Source: Myxococcota bacterium (GTDB taxonomy: Bacteria; Myxococcota_A; UBA796; GCA-2862545). From it: a stretch of DNA of 64,000 nt. Every line of letters begins with the position of its first letter. The stretch's first letter is position 1. The notes under the pieces were generated by a model. It was not told the origin of the DNA, ran no database searches, and was given only the letters and a program-made list of their open reading frames with translations. Where the stretch lies: positions 8,182,762 through 8,246,761 of the forward strand of contig OZ245034.1 in NCBI GenBank assembly GCA_965224055.1, in the 5' to 3' direction. The position numbers and the translations under genes were made by a program. This document shows positions 36,011 to 45,922 of the stretch, piece by piece.

Positions 36011-38304
36011 TCGTGCTGCTCGTGCTGGGCTGTCGCCCCGACCCGGACTTCGGTCCGCCGTCTCCCGCCTCCTTCACCGACTCCCTTCCGGCTGTGGGGG
36101 CCGAGGTCGTTGCGGCTTCTGGAGGGCGTGAAGCCGCCGTCCTCGTGCGCTCGTTCAACGCCAACGGAGGCAGTGTGGGCGGGCCGGATGCGACGCTGGA
36201 GGTCGATGGCGTCGCCCAGACCGTGCCGATCGGTGCCCAGGGCTACGGAAGCATCGTGCTGGACGAGCCGGGCACGTACCAGGTCCGTGTCGGGCCGAGC
36301 GAAGTGACCACCCACGTGTACGGGTCCGACTGGCCGGGATTCGGGCTGCGCCAGAGCAGCGCTCCACCGATGCAGACCACGACCGACGCCATCCAGGCCG
36401 GCACCGGGATCCTCACCGCGGGCGAGACCGAAGTGTGGTGGTCGAGCGATGTCCTGCCCCCGCACCGGGTCCTGGTCACGGATGGTCGGCTGGGGGGCAT
36501 GGTCAGCGGCCACTACGACGGTGACGGCGTGCTCGATGCTGCGATCTGGGCGGGCGGAACCGTGCACTTCCTGCGCGGTCGGGCCGACGGCGGGATGGCG
36601 TACGCCGCTCAGCTGCGGTCGCCTTCACACGGCGTCGCTGGCGTGGACTTCGGGGACGCCGACACCGATGGGATCCCCGATCTGCTCGTCGCCTGGGTCG
36701 GGCCCCCCTCCATGGGTCGGCTGGACGTCTGGATGGGCAACGGCGTGGAGTACAGCCCACGTCCGAACCGCGTGCTGGTCGACCTGCCCTTCGACGTGGC
36801 GGCGGGCGACAACGTGGCCGAAGGCCGCAACCAGCTCACGGTCACGGTCGAGGGCGGCCAGTGGAACCGGTTCTTCGAGTACGAGAACGGCTTCGCCCCG
36901 ATCGGTCCGGCGCTCGAGCTCTCTCTCGAGGCCTTCACGCGCGTGTACTCCCCCGGCGACCTGAACGCCGACGGCACCGACGACCTGCTGTTCGTTCCGC
37001 CCTACCTGGCCGACACCGAGCGCCGGGTGGTGATGTTCGACCTCGACGAAGAGGTCTCGACGTTCACGGGCATCAACCGCGTCGATGCACACGTGGCGAT
37101 CGACGATCTGGACGGCGATGGGCTGATCGACCTGCTGTTCGCCGAGGGCTCGGGAACCCTGCTCGGGGTGCACGTGAACGACGAGCGGGACGGCCTCGAG
37201 ACCGACACGCTCTTCACGGGGCTTCCAGAAGGGGGCCCGGTCGCTCGTCTTCCGGGAACCGACCGTCTGCTGGTCGCGGGCGAGCAGGCCTGGCACTGGA
37301 TCGAGGGTCGCTCGACCTCCGATCCCACCGACCCCGACGAGGAGTGGTTCAGGGTGATCGATCGCCCGCTGGCATCCCCGGGCATCACCGTTCGCGACGG
37401 TCGGTTCGAGCTGGCCGAGCTCGATGGCGACTCCGCCACGGCCGAGGTCGTGGCGCTCAGAGGCGGCGAGGGCTCCACCCGTCTGCGCGTGTTCAGCGTC
37501 AACGCGGACGGGCTCCTGACGCGGGGCGACGTCGAGCTGGATTCCGAGATGACGCCGCTTCGCGACCTGGCGATGTGCGACGACGAGGTCTTCGTCCTGC
37601 TCGAAGACGCGCTGTACCGCGTCGACGTCTCGGATCCCGACGATCCGGTGCTGCTCGACTCCGCCACGCTGGTCGGCGACCGGGTGGCGTGTGGGCCCGG
37701 CCCTGCTGGGCCCGTCAGCGTGTTGGCCAACGGAACCGCCCTCCTCCTGGACGCGACGCTCACCCAGGTGGGCTCCAGCGGCGCCGCCGGGAGCGTCGAT
37801 CTCTTCCTGGACGAGTTCGGGACCTCGACCTGCGCTCGCAACGGCTGCGAGATCGTCCGGGGTCCGGTGGGGCCAGCCGGTCAGGTGGTCGATGTCGTCG
37901 GTTGGCCGGATGGCGCCGAGATCGACGGGACCACGGTGTTTGGTCGCGGGCAGCCCTCGATCGCAGATGTCGACGCGAACGGCTTCGCGGACGTCGTGTT
38001 GCACGATGCGGGGCAGATCGTGGTCTACCGCCACACGGGCGAGCAGCTCGGCGACCCCGAGGTGTTCGTGACCCGCCGTCCCATCACGGGTGCGCTGGCG
38101 ATCGCCGACTACGATGGCGACGGCTTCATGGACGCCTGGGGGGTCGACCCCGAGTCCTCTCGGCTGCGGATCACTCCCGCACCCGGCAGCGAGCCACTGA
38201 CTCCCGTCGACACGTCGGACACGTCGGACACGTCGGACACCGGTAGCGGTGGGCCGGGTTCCACGGGCGGCACGGGAAGCACGGCCGACACCGCCATCCC
38301 CTGA
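35998..38304 (+). CDS. FG-GAP/VCBS-repeat lipoprotein
   Basis: Lipobox VLGCRPD. Repeated DGDGVLD, DTDGIPDLL, DLNADGTDDLL, DLDGDGLIDLL and DYDGDGFMD units. C-terminal (TSD)3 Gly/Ser/Thr tail. Overlaps the subtilase gene by 13 nt. Confidence 0.75.
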   Translation: MRSMIVLLVLGCRPDPDFGPPSPASFTDSLPAVGAEVVAASGGREAAVLVRSFNANGGSVGGPDATLEVDGVAQTVPIGAQGYGSIVLDEPGTYQVRVGPSEVTTHVYGSDWPGFGLRQSSAPPMQTTTDAIQAGTGILTAGETEVWWSSDVLPPHRVLVTDGRLGGMVSGHYDGDGVLDAAIWAGGTVHFLRGRADGGMAYAAQLRSPSHGVAGVDFGDADTDGIPDLLVAWVGPPSMGRLDVWMGNGVEYSPRPNRVLVDLPFDVAAGDNVAEGRNQLTVTVEGGQWNRFFEYENGFAPIGPALELSLEAFTRVYSPGDLNADGTDDLLFVPPYLADTERRVVMFDLDEEVSTFTGINRVDAHVAIDDLDGDGLIDLLFAEGSGTLLGVHVNDERDGLETDTLFTGLPEGGPVARLPGTDRLLVAGEQAWHWIEGRSTSDPTDPDEEWFRVIDRPLASPGITVRDGRFELAELDGDSATAEVVALRGGEGSTRLRVFSVNADGLLTRGDVELDSEMTPLRDLAMCDDEVFVLLEDALYRVDVSDPDDPVLLDSATLVGDRVACGPGPAGPVSVLANGTALLLDATLTQVGSSGAAGSVDLFLDEFGTSTCARNGCEIVRGPVGPAGQVVDVVGWPDGAEIDGTTVFGRGQPSIADVDANGFADVVLHDAGQIVVYRHTGEQLGDPEVFVTRRPITGALAIADYDGDGFMDAWGVDPESSRLRITPAPGSEPLTPVDTSDTSDTSDTGSGGPGSTGGTGSTADTAIP
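38210..38241 (+). repeat. 9-nt tandem repeat (GACACGTCG)x3 encoding TSDTSDTSD
   Basis: Perfect triplicate nonamer near the 3' end of the FG-GAP/VCBS gene. Confidence 0.5.
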
Positions 38305-38396
38305 AAACGCCGGCTGCACGAGGGTGACGCTGCCCCGGGCTGCGAACGGCCCGGATCCCGTTAACGAAAAGGGCCCTCGCGACACTGTGTTTCCGG

Positions 38397-38426
38397 TTGA
38401 CCCACCCCCGATCGACCGCCTATAAG
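38397..38426 (+). promoter_or_regulatory. Candidate sigma-70-type promoter (TTGACC -N18- TATAAG)
   Basis: Lies about 50 nt upstream of the 38479 start. Preceded by a weak hairpin (CCGGGC-tgcgaacg-GCCCGG) after the FG-GAP gene. RBS GGAG 8 nt before the ATG. Confidence 0.35.
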
Positions 38427-38478
38427 GGCACGTCATGGGTCGGGACTTGATGTTCCCCCGCTGCTTCTGGAGTCCTGA

Positions 38479-39723
38479 ATGTTCCGGTTCGCGCCTGTTC
38501 TCGCGCTTCTCGCTGTCGGCTGTGCGCCGCAGTCCGCCGAAGTCGTCGAAGGCCAGATCGTCGGTTTCCTGTCCGCGACCACCTCGTTCACGCTGATCAA
38601 GGGCAACTTCGATCCGGAAGACGCGAACGAGTCCTGGAACGTCGACTGCCGGGAGCTCGAGGAAGACGGCGACCTCCTCTCGCTCGACGACCCCCTCGAT
38701 ATCTGCGACGACGGCGACTACCCGCCCCAGCGCGAGGTCTGGCTGGGTCTCGGCGCCTACCGTGGCTTCCAGGAGCCCCTCGATCCGTGGCGTGGCGAAG
38801 CCATCCTGCTCAACGAAGGCGATCTGCAGATCGGCTTCCACCAGCGCATGCCCGGCGGAGAGGACTTCCGGTTCATCTTCACCATCGACCCCGACTTCCA
38901 GCCCACCGAGTGCGCGCCGGACGGCAACGGCGGCGTCGAGACCCAGAACATCGACGGCAACTGGGTCGAGAACTGGTCCACCGAGATCGACAACATCCTC
39001 GAGCGCGACGCGGACGACGTTCCCCCGTTCATGCGCACCGCAGCCGAGGGCGCCGAGGGCGGCAGCCTGTTCTTCCTGAACGCCTTCTCGTTCCAGTGGA
39101 ACCCCGGTCCCGACTCGGCCGAGCAGGCCACCTGGACGCTTCCCGAGGCCTGGCGCTCCGGCTACTCTCTCGGCACGTTCGTCGAAGAGGACATGACCGG
39201 GCGCAACAACCGCTTCGCGGATCCGGCGTCCTACACGCTCGCCGATGCCGGTATCGGCGGCGGAGCTGAGCCCGACCTCATCTACTTCGGCGTCGACGAT
39301 TGCGAAGGCGATCCCACCTGCCTCGAGTACAGCGACCAGCGCGTGCTGGCGCGTCAGCATCGCAACCAGACCCGCAGGGAGTACGAGCTCGTCACCTCCC
39401 CCGCGGTCAACGACATCTGGGGCATGGAGCCCATCTGGCACGACAACGGCTGGCGCGAGTACGACGGCAACATCGCCGGTCTCGACAACTGGTCCGAGCT
39501 CGCGTACAGCTGGGTGATGGTCACGCCGGACTCCGACATGACCAAGGGTGGCAGCATGCACGGCTACTTCCACCTGATGCTCGAAGGCTCCGACAGCCAG
39601 TCCCGCATCTTCGTCGAGGGCGAGTTCGACGTTCCGCGGATCCGTGGTGAGAAGTGGGGCGCTCGCGACCTGCGCACCGAGAAGATCGAGGACGCCGAAG
39701 TCGACCTCTGCGCGGGCTACTGA
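38479..39723 (+). CDS. Hypothetical lipoprotein
   Basis: Lipobox LLAVGCAP. 414 aa, acidic, several Cys. No recognised domain. Confidence 0.6.
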   Translation: MFRFAPVLALLAVGCAPQSAEVVEGQIVGFLSATTSFTLIKGNFDPEDANESWNVDCRELEEDGDLLSLDDPLDICDDGDYPPQREVWLGLGAYRGFQEPLDPWRGEAILLNEGDLQIGFHQRMPGGEDFRFIFTIDPDFQPTECAPDGNGGVETQNIDGNWVENWSTEIDNILERDADDVPPFMRTAAEGAEGGSLFFLNAFSFQWNPGPDSAEQATWTLPEAWRSGYSLGTFVEEDMTGRNNRFADPASYTLADAGIGGGAEPDLIYFGVDDCEGDPTCLEYSDQRVLARQHRNQTRREYELVTSPAVNDIWGMEPIWHDNGWREYDGNIAGLDNWSELAYSWVMVTPDSDMTKGGSMHGYFHLMLEGSDSQSRIFVEGEFDVPRIRGEKWGARDLRTEKIEDAEVDLCAGY

Positions 39724-39745
39724 GAGCCCTTCAGCGCGGGATGAC

Positions 39746-40510
39746 TCAGCGCGGGACCAGTTGAGCGACCCACTTGAGCGACTTCGCGGTGAGGGGGTGG
39801 CCGGCGAAGTCCTCTGCTCGGAACACCACCCGGTAGCCAGCATCCTGGATCAGCTGTTCCAGCTCCTCGCGCTCGAACATCCGCAGGCGCAGATGGCACT
39901 TCTCTTCGCTGCCGTCGCGATGGCGGTACGTGTAGAGCACGTGGTGGGTGCGTGAAGGCTCGTCCCACCACCCCTGCTCCCAGGTGTGCAGGGGCTGGCC
40001 GGTTCGCGGGTCCGAGAAGATCCGGTGCTCGTAGGTCCGGTCGGGATCGCGGTCGTACAGCTCCCGATCGGGAAGGTAGGCGTCGACCGCAACGCGCCCG
40101 TTCGGGCCGAGGTGATCGCGGATCCAGGTCAGGGTCTGCACGACGTCGTCGGGCCCCTTGCAGTGATGGATGGCGTTGAACGGCCACAGGATGAGCGCGT
40201 AGTCGTCCCGCGGCGTGCCCGAGGGCTGCCGGAAGTCGCCTTCCCAGAAGCGGATGCGTGCCTGGACGTTCGGGGGCTCTGCTGCGAGCTTCAGGCGCAA
40301 CCCCTCCAGCATCGTGGGCTCGAGGTCGACGCCGTCGATCCGGATGCCGGCCCGAGCGATGGGCAGCGTGAGCCGACCGGTCCCGCAGCCGAGCTCCAAC
40401 ACGGGGCCGCGGGTCTGACGCGCCAGAGCCTGGTAGTACTCGATATCCTCGGTGTGAGCGGCGTATTCGAGGTCGTACAGCGCGGGGTCGGCATACGGGT
40501 TGTCGTTCAT
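39746..40510 (-). CDS. Class I SAM-dependent methyltransferase
   Basis: Motif I VLELGCGTGRLT and downstream acidic-loop and motif II/III pattern. Start at the internal ATG (MNDNPYADP). Divergent (43-nt gap) from the ammonia-lyase pair. Confidence 0.8.
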   Translation of the reverse strand: MNDNPYADPALYDLEYAAHTEDIEYYQALARQTRGPVLELGCGTGRLTLPIARAGIRIDGVDLEPTMLEGLRLKLAAEPPNVQARIRFWEGDFRQPSGTPRDDYALILWPFNAIHHCKGPDDVVQTLTWIRDHLGPNGRVAVDAYLPDRELYDRDPDRTYEHRIFSDPRTGQPLHTWEQGWWDEPSRTHHVLYTYRHRDGSEEKCHLRLRMFEREELEQLIQDAGYRVVFRAEDFAGHPLTAKSLKWVAQLVPR

Positions 40511-40553
40511 GGCGCGATTGTACTCCCAGGGGTGGGCCGGATAGGGGTCGCGG

Positions 40554-42182
40554 ATGCAACCGCTCGAGCTCACCGGAAACGATCTGACCCTGGCCGACGT
40601 CGCGGCGGTCGCGCGGTCCCGACGGCCGGTCGCACTCGCAGCCTCGGCGCGCGAGCAGATGGCGGCCTCGCGGGCCTGGGTCGAGAGCGTGGTGTCCGGC
40701 GACGACGACATGCCCGTCTACGGCGTGAACACGGGCTACGGGTCGCTGGCGCGGGTGCGCATCGACAACCACAACATCGCTCAGCTGTCGTGGAACCTGG
40801 TGCGCAGTCACGCGGCAGGGGTGGGGCCATCGGCGTCCCCTGCGGTGGTGCGGGCGATGATGCTGTTGCGCGCGAACGCGCTGGCCAAGGGGGCGTCGGG
40901 GGTCCGTCCGGCGCTGGTCGACACCCTGTGCGCCATGCTGGAGGCCGGGGTCACGCCCATCGTCCCCGAACGGGGCAGCTGTGGATCGTCGGGCGATCTG
41001 GCGCCGCTGTCCCACCTGGGGTTGGTGGTGTTCGAGGGGCCGCGCGATGCGGCTCGGGATTCGTCCGCTCCAGACGGGTCGGTCGAGGATCGGGAGTCCG
41101 GCGAGGCGCTGTACGATGGGCGTCGCATGTCCGGGGCTGCGGCCATGCGCCAGGCCGGGATCCAGCGGCTCGTTCCGGCTCCCAAGGAGGGGCTGGGCAT
41201 GATCAACGGTGCCCAGCTCACCTGTGCGATCGCGGCCCTCGCCGCGGTCGATGCGAGTCGACTGGTGGTCGCGAGCGAGATCGCGGCGGCCATGAGCTTC
41301 GAGGCGCTCTTCGCGGTGACGCGCGCGCTCCACCCGGGTGTGCACCGGCTCCGCGCGTACGTCGGCGCCCGTCAGACGGCGGCCAACCTCCTGCGGCTCG
41401 TCGAGGGGAGCAGCCTGGTGGATGCGCTGCCAGACAAGGTGCAGGACGCGTACAGCCTGCGGTGCATGCCCCAGGTCGTCGGGGCTGCGCGGGACGGCAT
41501 CCGCTACGCGGCCGGGCAGATCGAGGTCGAGCTGAACAGCGTCACCGACAACCCCGTGGTGCTCCTGGACGTCGACGGTCCCAACAAGGCGTTCTCGGCG
41601 GGGCTGTTCCACGGCGAGCCACTGGGGATGGCGGCCGACCACCTGAAGCTGTGCGTGCTGGAGGTCGGGGCCATCTCGGAGCGACGGATCTACCGGCTCA
41701 CCACCGACAAGCTGTCGGCCCGGCTGCCTCCACTTCTGGCCGAGAAAGACGGGTTGCGGCTGGGATTGATGATGCCCCAGGTGTCGGCTGCCGCCCTGGT
41801 CGCTCAGAACCGCCAGCTGGCGTACCCGGCCTCGGCCGACAGCATCCCCACCTGCGAAGACCAGGAGGATCACGTCGCCATGAGCACCACGGCCGCGCGT
41901 CGAGCAGCCGAGGTGGTCGACAACACCCACCACATCGTGGCGATCGAGCTGTTGGCCGCCGCAAAGGGCTTGTGGTCGCGGCTCACGAAGGATCCGTCCG
42001 CGAAGCTCGGGGTCGGCACCGCTGCCGCTCTGGACGCTGTCGAGGCGGCCCTCGGGGGGCGGCGCACCTCCGAAGCACCGGCGGACGACATCGAAGCCCT
42101 GGGGCGGATCGTCCGCGACGGGAGCCTGATCGACCGCGTCCAGCAGGCCACGGGGCCGCTCCAGGGGGTCCTCGATGGCTGA
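40554..42182 (+). CDS. Aromatic/histidine ammonia-lyase family enzyme (HAL/PAL/TAL fold) with an Ser-Ser-Gly motif where HAL has the Ala-Ser-Gly MIO triad
   Basis: YGVNTGYG (catalytic Tyr region), GSCGSSGDLAPLSH (MIO triad region; SSG instead of the canonical ASG), NPVV and FHGEP segments. 542 aa. Confidence 0.85.
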   Translation: MQPLELTGNDLTLADVAAVARSRRPVALAASAREQMAASRAWVESVVSGDDDMPVYGVNTGYGSLARVRIDNHNIAQLSWNLVRSHAAGVGPSASPAVVRAMMLLRANALAKGASGVRPALVDTLCAMLEAGVTPIVPERGSCGSSGDLAPLSHLGLVVFEGPRDAARDSSAPDGSVEDRESGEALYDGRRMSGAAAMRQAGIQRLVPAPKEGLGMINGAQLTCAIAALAAVDASRLVVASEIAAAMSFEALFAVTRALHPGVHRLRAYVGARQTAANLLRLVEGSSLVDALPDKVQDAYSLRCMPQVVGAARDGIRYAAGQIEVELNSVTDNPVVLLDVDGPNKAFSAGLFHGEPLGMAADHLKLCVLEVGAISERRIYRLTTDKLSARLPPLLAEKDGLRLGLMMPQVSAAALVAQNRQLAYPASADSIPTCEDQEDHVAMSTTAARRAAEVVDNTHHIVAIELLAAAKGLWSRLTKDPSAKLGVGTAAALDAVEAALGGRRTSEAPADDIEALGRIVRDGSLIDRVQQATGPLQGVLDG

Positions 42183-43695
42183 TGTCGTGCTCGATGGTCG
42201 TCGGCTCACGCCCCGCCAGGTCCAGGATGTCGCTCGGGGCGCGTCGGTGTCGATCGACCCCGCAGCTCTGCAGCGCATGGCCGAGTCCGCCGCGATGTTC
42301 CCGCGGTCCATCATCCGCGAGAAGTGGTCGCTGCTGGTCGGGGGCGAGGCACCCGCAGAATCCGCGGCTGCGATCCGTACCTTCATTCAGGGGCACTGCG
42401 CAGGGGTCGGCGAGCCGCTTCCCACCGAGGTCGTGCGCGCGCTGATGTGCGTGCGGGCGAACGTCCTCGCCACCGGCCTCACGGGTGCGCGTCGCGAGGC
42501 GGCCGAGCTGCTCGTGGCCATGCTGGAGCACGGGATCACGCCGGTCGTTCCCCGCGTGGGTTCCGTCGGAGTCGGGGGGAGCATCGCGCTGGCCCACATC
42601 GTCCGCGTGATGTGCCGCTACGGAGGGCGGGCCGAGGTCGACGGGGTGCGTCTGGATGCCGCCGAGGCGATGGCGCGGCTCGACTGGTTCACCCCCACCG
42701 AGAAGGACGCGTTGTCGCTCATCAACGGCAGCACCCTCACCACGGCGATGGGCGCGCTGGCCGTGGCCGGGGCGCACACGTTGTTGGACGCTGCTGTGGC
42801 CGCCTGTGCCCTGTCGATGGAGGTGGTCAAAGCCGATGTCCACTGCCTCGAAGATGGGCCTCTCGTCGCGCGGAACCACCAGGGCGCTGTCCAGGTCGGG
42901 CGCCGATTGCGGTTGTTGCTGGACGGGAGCACCCTGGCGACGCCTCAGCGGATGCCGGACTCGTTCTCGATCCGCTGTGCTCCCCATGCCCTCGGAGCGG
43001 CCTACGACACGGTGCGCTACTGCGAAGACGTCGTGGTGCGCGAGCTGAACGGCGCCATCGACAATCCATTGGTGTTCGCCGACAGCCGACAGGTCCTCGA
43101 AGGCGGCAACTTCCACGGCGCCCCGGTGGCGCTGGTGATGGACCACCTCAAGGCCGGGCTCACCCAGGTGGGCTCGATGGCCGAGCGACGCCTGTTCCGC
43201 CTGGTGTACGGCCAGCTGTCGGGCCTGCCGAGCTTCCTGGTCCACGGAACCGGGATGAACAGCGGCTTCATGCTCGCCCAGTACACCGCGGCCAGTCTGG
43301 TGAGCGAGTGCAAGGGGTTGTCCCATCCGGCCAGCGTCGACAGCCTCCCCACGATCCAGCATCACGAAGACCACGTGTCCATGGGCCCGAACGCGGCATC
43401 GGGTGCGCTGCATCTGGTCGATCTGCTCTCGGACGTGGTCGCGATCGAGCTCTTGTGCGCGGCTCAGGGGCTCGACTTCCACCTGGCTGGAGATGCCGTC
43501 GATCCCGATGGCAATCGGGTGTCCGTCGCGGTCGAGCGAGCAGGAGCCGGAACCGCCGCCATCCACGCGGTCGTGCGGGGGCTCGTCCCGCGCTGGGAGT
43601 CCGACCGGGTCCTGCACTCCGATCTCAAGCGACTCGGTGTGGCCGTGCGGTCCGGCATGTTCGGACGCGAGGCGATCGAGCGGCGCTTCGGCTGA
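42175..43695 (+). CDS. HAL-family paralog lacking the MIO triad and the YGVNTG motif (predicted non-catalytic partner)
   Basis: Overall HAL-like architecture (ARDGIRY-like, DNP, FHGAP, HHEDHVSMG). The MIO position reads GSVGVGGSIALAH with no Ser-Gly and no DLxPL, and there is no Tyr-loop motif near the N-terminus. Its start overlaps the upstream HAL stop by 8 nt. Confidence 0.75.
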   Translation: MADVVLDGRRLTPRQVQDVARGASVSIDPAALQRMAESAAMFPRSIIREKWSLLVGGEAPAESAAAIRTFIQGHCAGVGEPLPTEVVRALMCVRANVLATGLTGARREAAELLVAMLEHGITPVVPRVGSVGVGGSIALAHIVRVMCRYGGRAEVDGVRLDAAEAMARLDWFTPTEKDALSLINGSTLTTAMGALAVAGAHTLLDAAVAACALSMEVVKADVHCLEDGPLVARNHQGAVQVGRRLRLLLDGSTLATPQRMPDSFSIRCAPHALGAAYDTVRYCEDVVVRELNGAIDNPLVFADSRQVLEGGNFHGAPVALVMDHLKAGLTQVGSMAERRLFRLVYGQLSGLPSFLVHGTGMNSGFMLAQYTAASLVSECKGLSHPASVDSLPTIQHHEDHVSMGPNAASGALHLVDLLSDVVAIELLCAAQGLDFHLAGDAVDPDGNRVSVAVERAGAGTAAIHAVVRGLVPRWESDRVLHSDLKRLGVAVRSGMFGREAIERRFG

Positions 43696-43768
43696 GGCCA
43701 TCGCGTCGGGTGAAACGGTTCGGCAGTCTCCGGCATACCCCGAGTCGAGCCCCCACCCCGGAGCGTCC

Positions 43769-44497
43769 ATGTCCGTTCTCGCCGCGCTGTTGTTCTCGCT
43801 CTCCGGTCCCGCTGTCGCGGCCGAGCCGGTCGCCCTCGTCGAGCTGTTCACCAGCCAGGGCTGCAGCTCGTGTCCACCTGCCGATGCCCTCGCGCAGGAG
43901 CTCGCGGCCGAAGCCCGGCGCGGAGAGCAACCCCTGGTCGTGCTGTCGTTCCACGTCGACTACTGGAACCGCCTGGGCTGGCCCGACCCCTACAGCGATG
44001 CCGAGTTCACCGCTCGCCAGCGCGCCTACTCGGCCAGCCTCGGGGAAGGGGGGCGGATCTACACCCCTCAGGTGGTCGTGAACGGCGCCGATCACGCGGT
44101 GGGGTCGAACCGCGGCCTGGTGAAGGGGCTGATCGCAGGTGCCCTGTCGAAACCCGCGACCGCGACGGTCTCGGGCGAGGCCAGCTTCGCGAAGGACACC
44201 GTGTCCGTGAGCGTGAAGACGGGCGATGCTCCGAAGAACGCCACGGTCTTCGTAGCCCTGGTCGAGCCCGAGAAGACCAACGTGGTCCCGCGGGGGGAGA
44301 ACAGCGGAAAGACCCTGTCGCACGCGAACGTCGTGCGGGCCCTGGTCGAGGTGTCGATGCAGGACGGCGATGGCCAGGCCACGCTGTCGATCCCGGACGA
44401 CGTGGAGCGCGAGGATGCCCGCATCGTCGCCTGGGTGCAGGACGCGCTCACCAACCACGTGCTCGGCGCCGGGGCGCTGCCGCGTTCGGAGAGCTGA
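43769..44497 (+). CDS. DUF1223-family secreted thioredoxin-like protein
   Basis: Signal peptide, then VELFTSQGCSSCPPAD (CxxC), then HVDYWNRLGW, characteristic of DUF1223. Confidence 0.7.
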   Translation: MSVLAALLFSLSGPAVAAEPVALVELFTSQGCSSCPPADALAQELAAEARRGEQPLVVLSFHVDYWNRLGWPDPYSDAEFTARQRAYSASLGEGGRIYTPQVVVNGADHAVGSNRGLVKGLIAGALSKPATATVSGEASFAKDTVSVSVKTGDAPKNATVFVALVEPEKTNVVPRGENSGKTLSHANVVRALVEVSMQDGDGQATLSIPDDVEREDARIVAWVQDALTNHVLGAGALPRSES

Positions 44498-45922
44498 TCA
44501 GTCGCCGGAGCCGTGGCCGACACGCGGCAGGTCGCGGTCCAGGTCCCAGTCGGGGTCCCACTTCTCGGTGTGGCACGAGGTGCAGACCGCTTCGATGACG
44601 CACACCGGGCAGTCGTCGCCCAGGCGTTCGATGTTGTCTTTCCCGCCACCGGCCTCGATGTGTGCGCCACCAGGTCCATGACAGGCCTCACAGCCCACGC
44701 TCTCGTCGATGCGGAACGCGGCGAGGTCCGACCCTGGAGGCCCGCCTCTGGCGCCTGTGGCGTGGCAGCGTACGCACGCGACGTCCTCCTCGGCCCCTTC
44801 CGGCACCTTCTCGCCGGGCGTCTTCAGGGTGGCCATCGCGGTGCCGTGGGGGGTCTTCTTCCAGTCGGCGTACTCGGCTTCGTGGCAGCTCTTGCACGCC
44901 TCTGCGCCGCGGGTCTCGGCGTCTTCGAAGGCCAGGAGCGGCCGGGGAGCCTCGCCGTCGACCAGCGCCAGGCGACGCTCCCGGAATTCGTCGTCCGAGA
45001 TGGCCACGCCCGCGTAGTGATCGATGAGCGGCAGGCCCTTCTCGACCGTGAACGCGATGCTGTGCTTCTCGTCGTGACAGCCCGCACAGGTCGATGTCGC
45101 GTCGGTCTTCTCGCCGTCGTGCGGACCCGATGGCCCGTGGCACGACTCGCACCCGACGTTCACGAGGTCGGGTGTGGAATCGCCCGTCCAGCCGGTCTTC
45201 TCGCCGTTGCCGGTCACGTGACAGCCCGTGCACTCGCGGTTGTCGTGGTCGCCCTTCTTCACCAGCGTGCGCCAGGCGACGGAGTGGTGGGACAGCGCCC
45301 AGCCTTCGAGCTCCTGCTGGTGACAGCCTCCACAGCTGCCGTTCCCGAGGTAGGTGCCGTCGAAGGCCTTCCAGGGGTCGTCGAGCACCCGCATCTTCAC
45401 GTAGGTGTCGAAGCCCGGCTGATAGGGGTACCAGAGGTCGACGATGCGGTACGTGCCCTTCTTCTTGCCCGGCTCGACCAGGATGGCCGACGGAGTGGAG
45501 CGCACGCCGAGCTCGCTCGAGATGGTGCGCCCGAGATCGACGACCACCTCGTCTTCGATGCCGTACTCCTTGCGGAAGTCCTCGACGTCGCCCTTGAGCG
45601 AGCTGCCCGTGGCCACGCCGATCACGGTGGCTTTGCCCTTCAGCGCGCGTCCGAGATCGCCGAGCTCTCTGCCGACGGCCTGACAGTGAGGGCAGCTGGG
45701 CGAGAAGTAGTAGATGAACGACCGGCCCTTCCCGAGCTTCTTGGCGAAGTCGTCGTCGAACGACAGCTCGGGGAGCTCGGAGGTGTCGGGGCCGGCCAGC
45801 ACCCGGGGTGCACCGATGGCCATCTGCCCTTCGCTCCAGCCACGGGGGTCGGCGGTGGTGGCGATGGCGGTGGTCACGACCAGCAGCAGGGCGATGGACA
45901 GGGCCAGAACACGGCGACTCAT
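44498..45922 (-). CDS. Thioredoxin-like (TlpA/ResA-type CPHC) domain fused to an octaheme c-type cytochrome
   Basis: Signal/TM N-terminus. FSPSCPHCQ thioredoxin motif. Eight CXXCH motifs (CGGCH, CTGCH, CESCH, CAGCH, CKSCH, CVRCH, CEACH, CTSCH). Start ATG overlaps the upstream gene stop (ATGA). Confidence 0.8.
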   Translation of the reverse strand: MSRRVLALSIALLLVVTTAIATTADPRGWSEGQMAIGAPRVLAGPDTSELPELSFDDDFAKKLGKGRSFIYYFSPSCPHCQAVGRELGDLGRALKGKATVIGVATGSSLKGDVEDFRKEYGIEDEVVVDLGRTISSELGVRSTPSAILVEPGKKKGTYRIVDLWYPYQPGFDTYVKMRVLDDPWKAFDGTYLGNGSCGGCHQQELEGWALSHHSVAWRTLVKKGDHDNRECTGCHVTGNGEKTGWTGDSTPDLVNVGCESCHGPSGPHDGEKTDATSTCAGCHDEKHSIAFTVEKGLPLIDHYAGVAISDDEFRERRLALVDGEAPRPLLAFEDAETRGAEACKSCHEAEYADWKKTPHGTAMATLKTPGEKVPEGAEEDVACVRCHATGARGGPPGSDLAAFRIDESVGCEACHGPGGAHIEAGGGKDNIERLGDDCPVCVIEAVCTSCHTEKWDPDWDLDRDLPRVGHGSGD

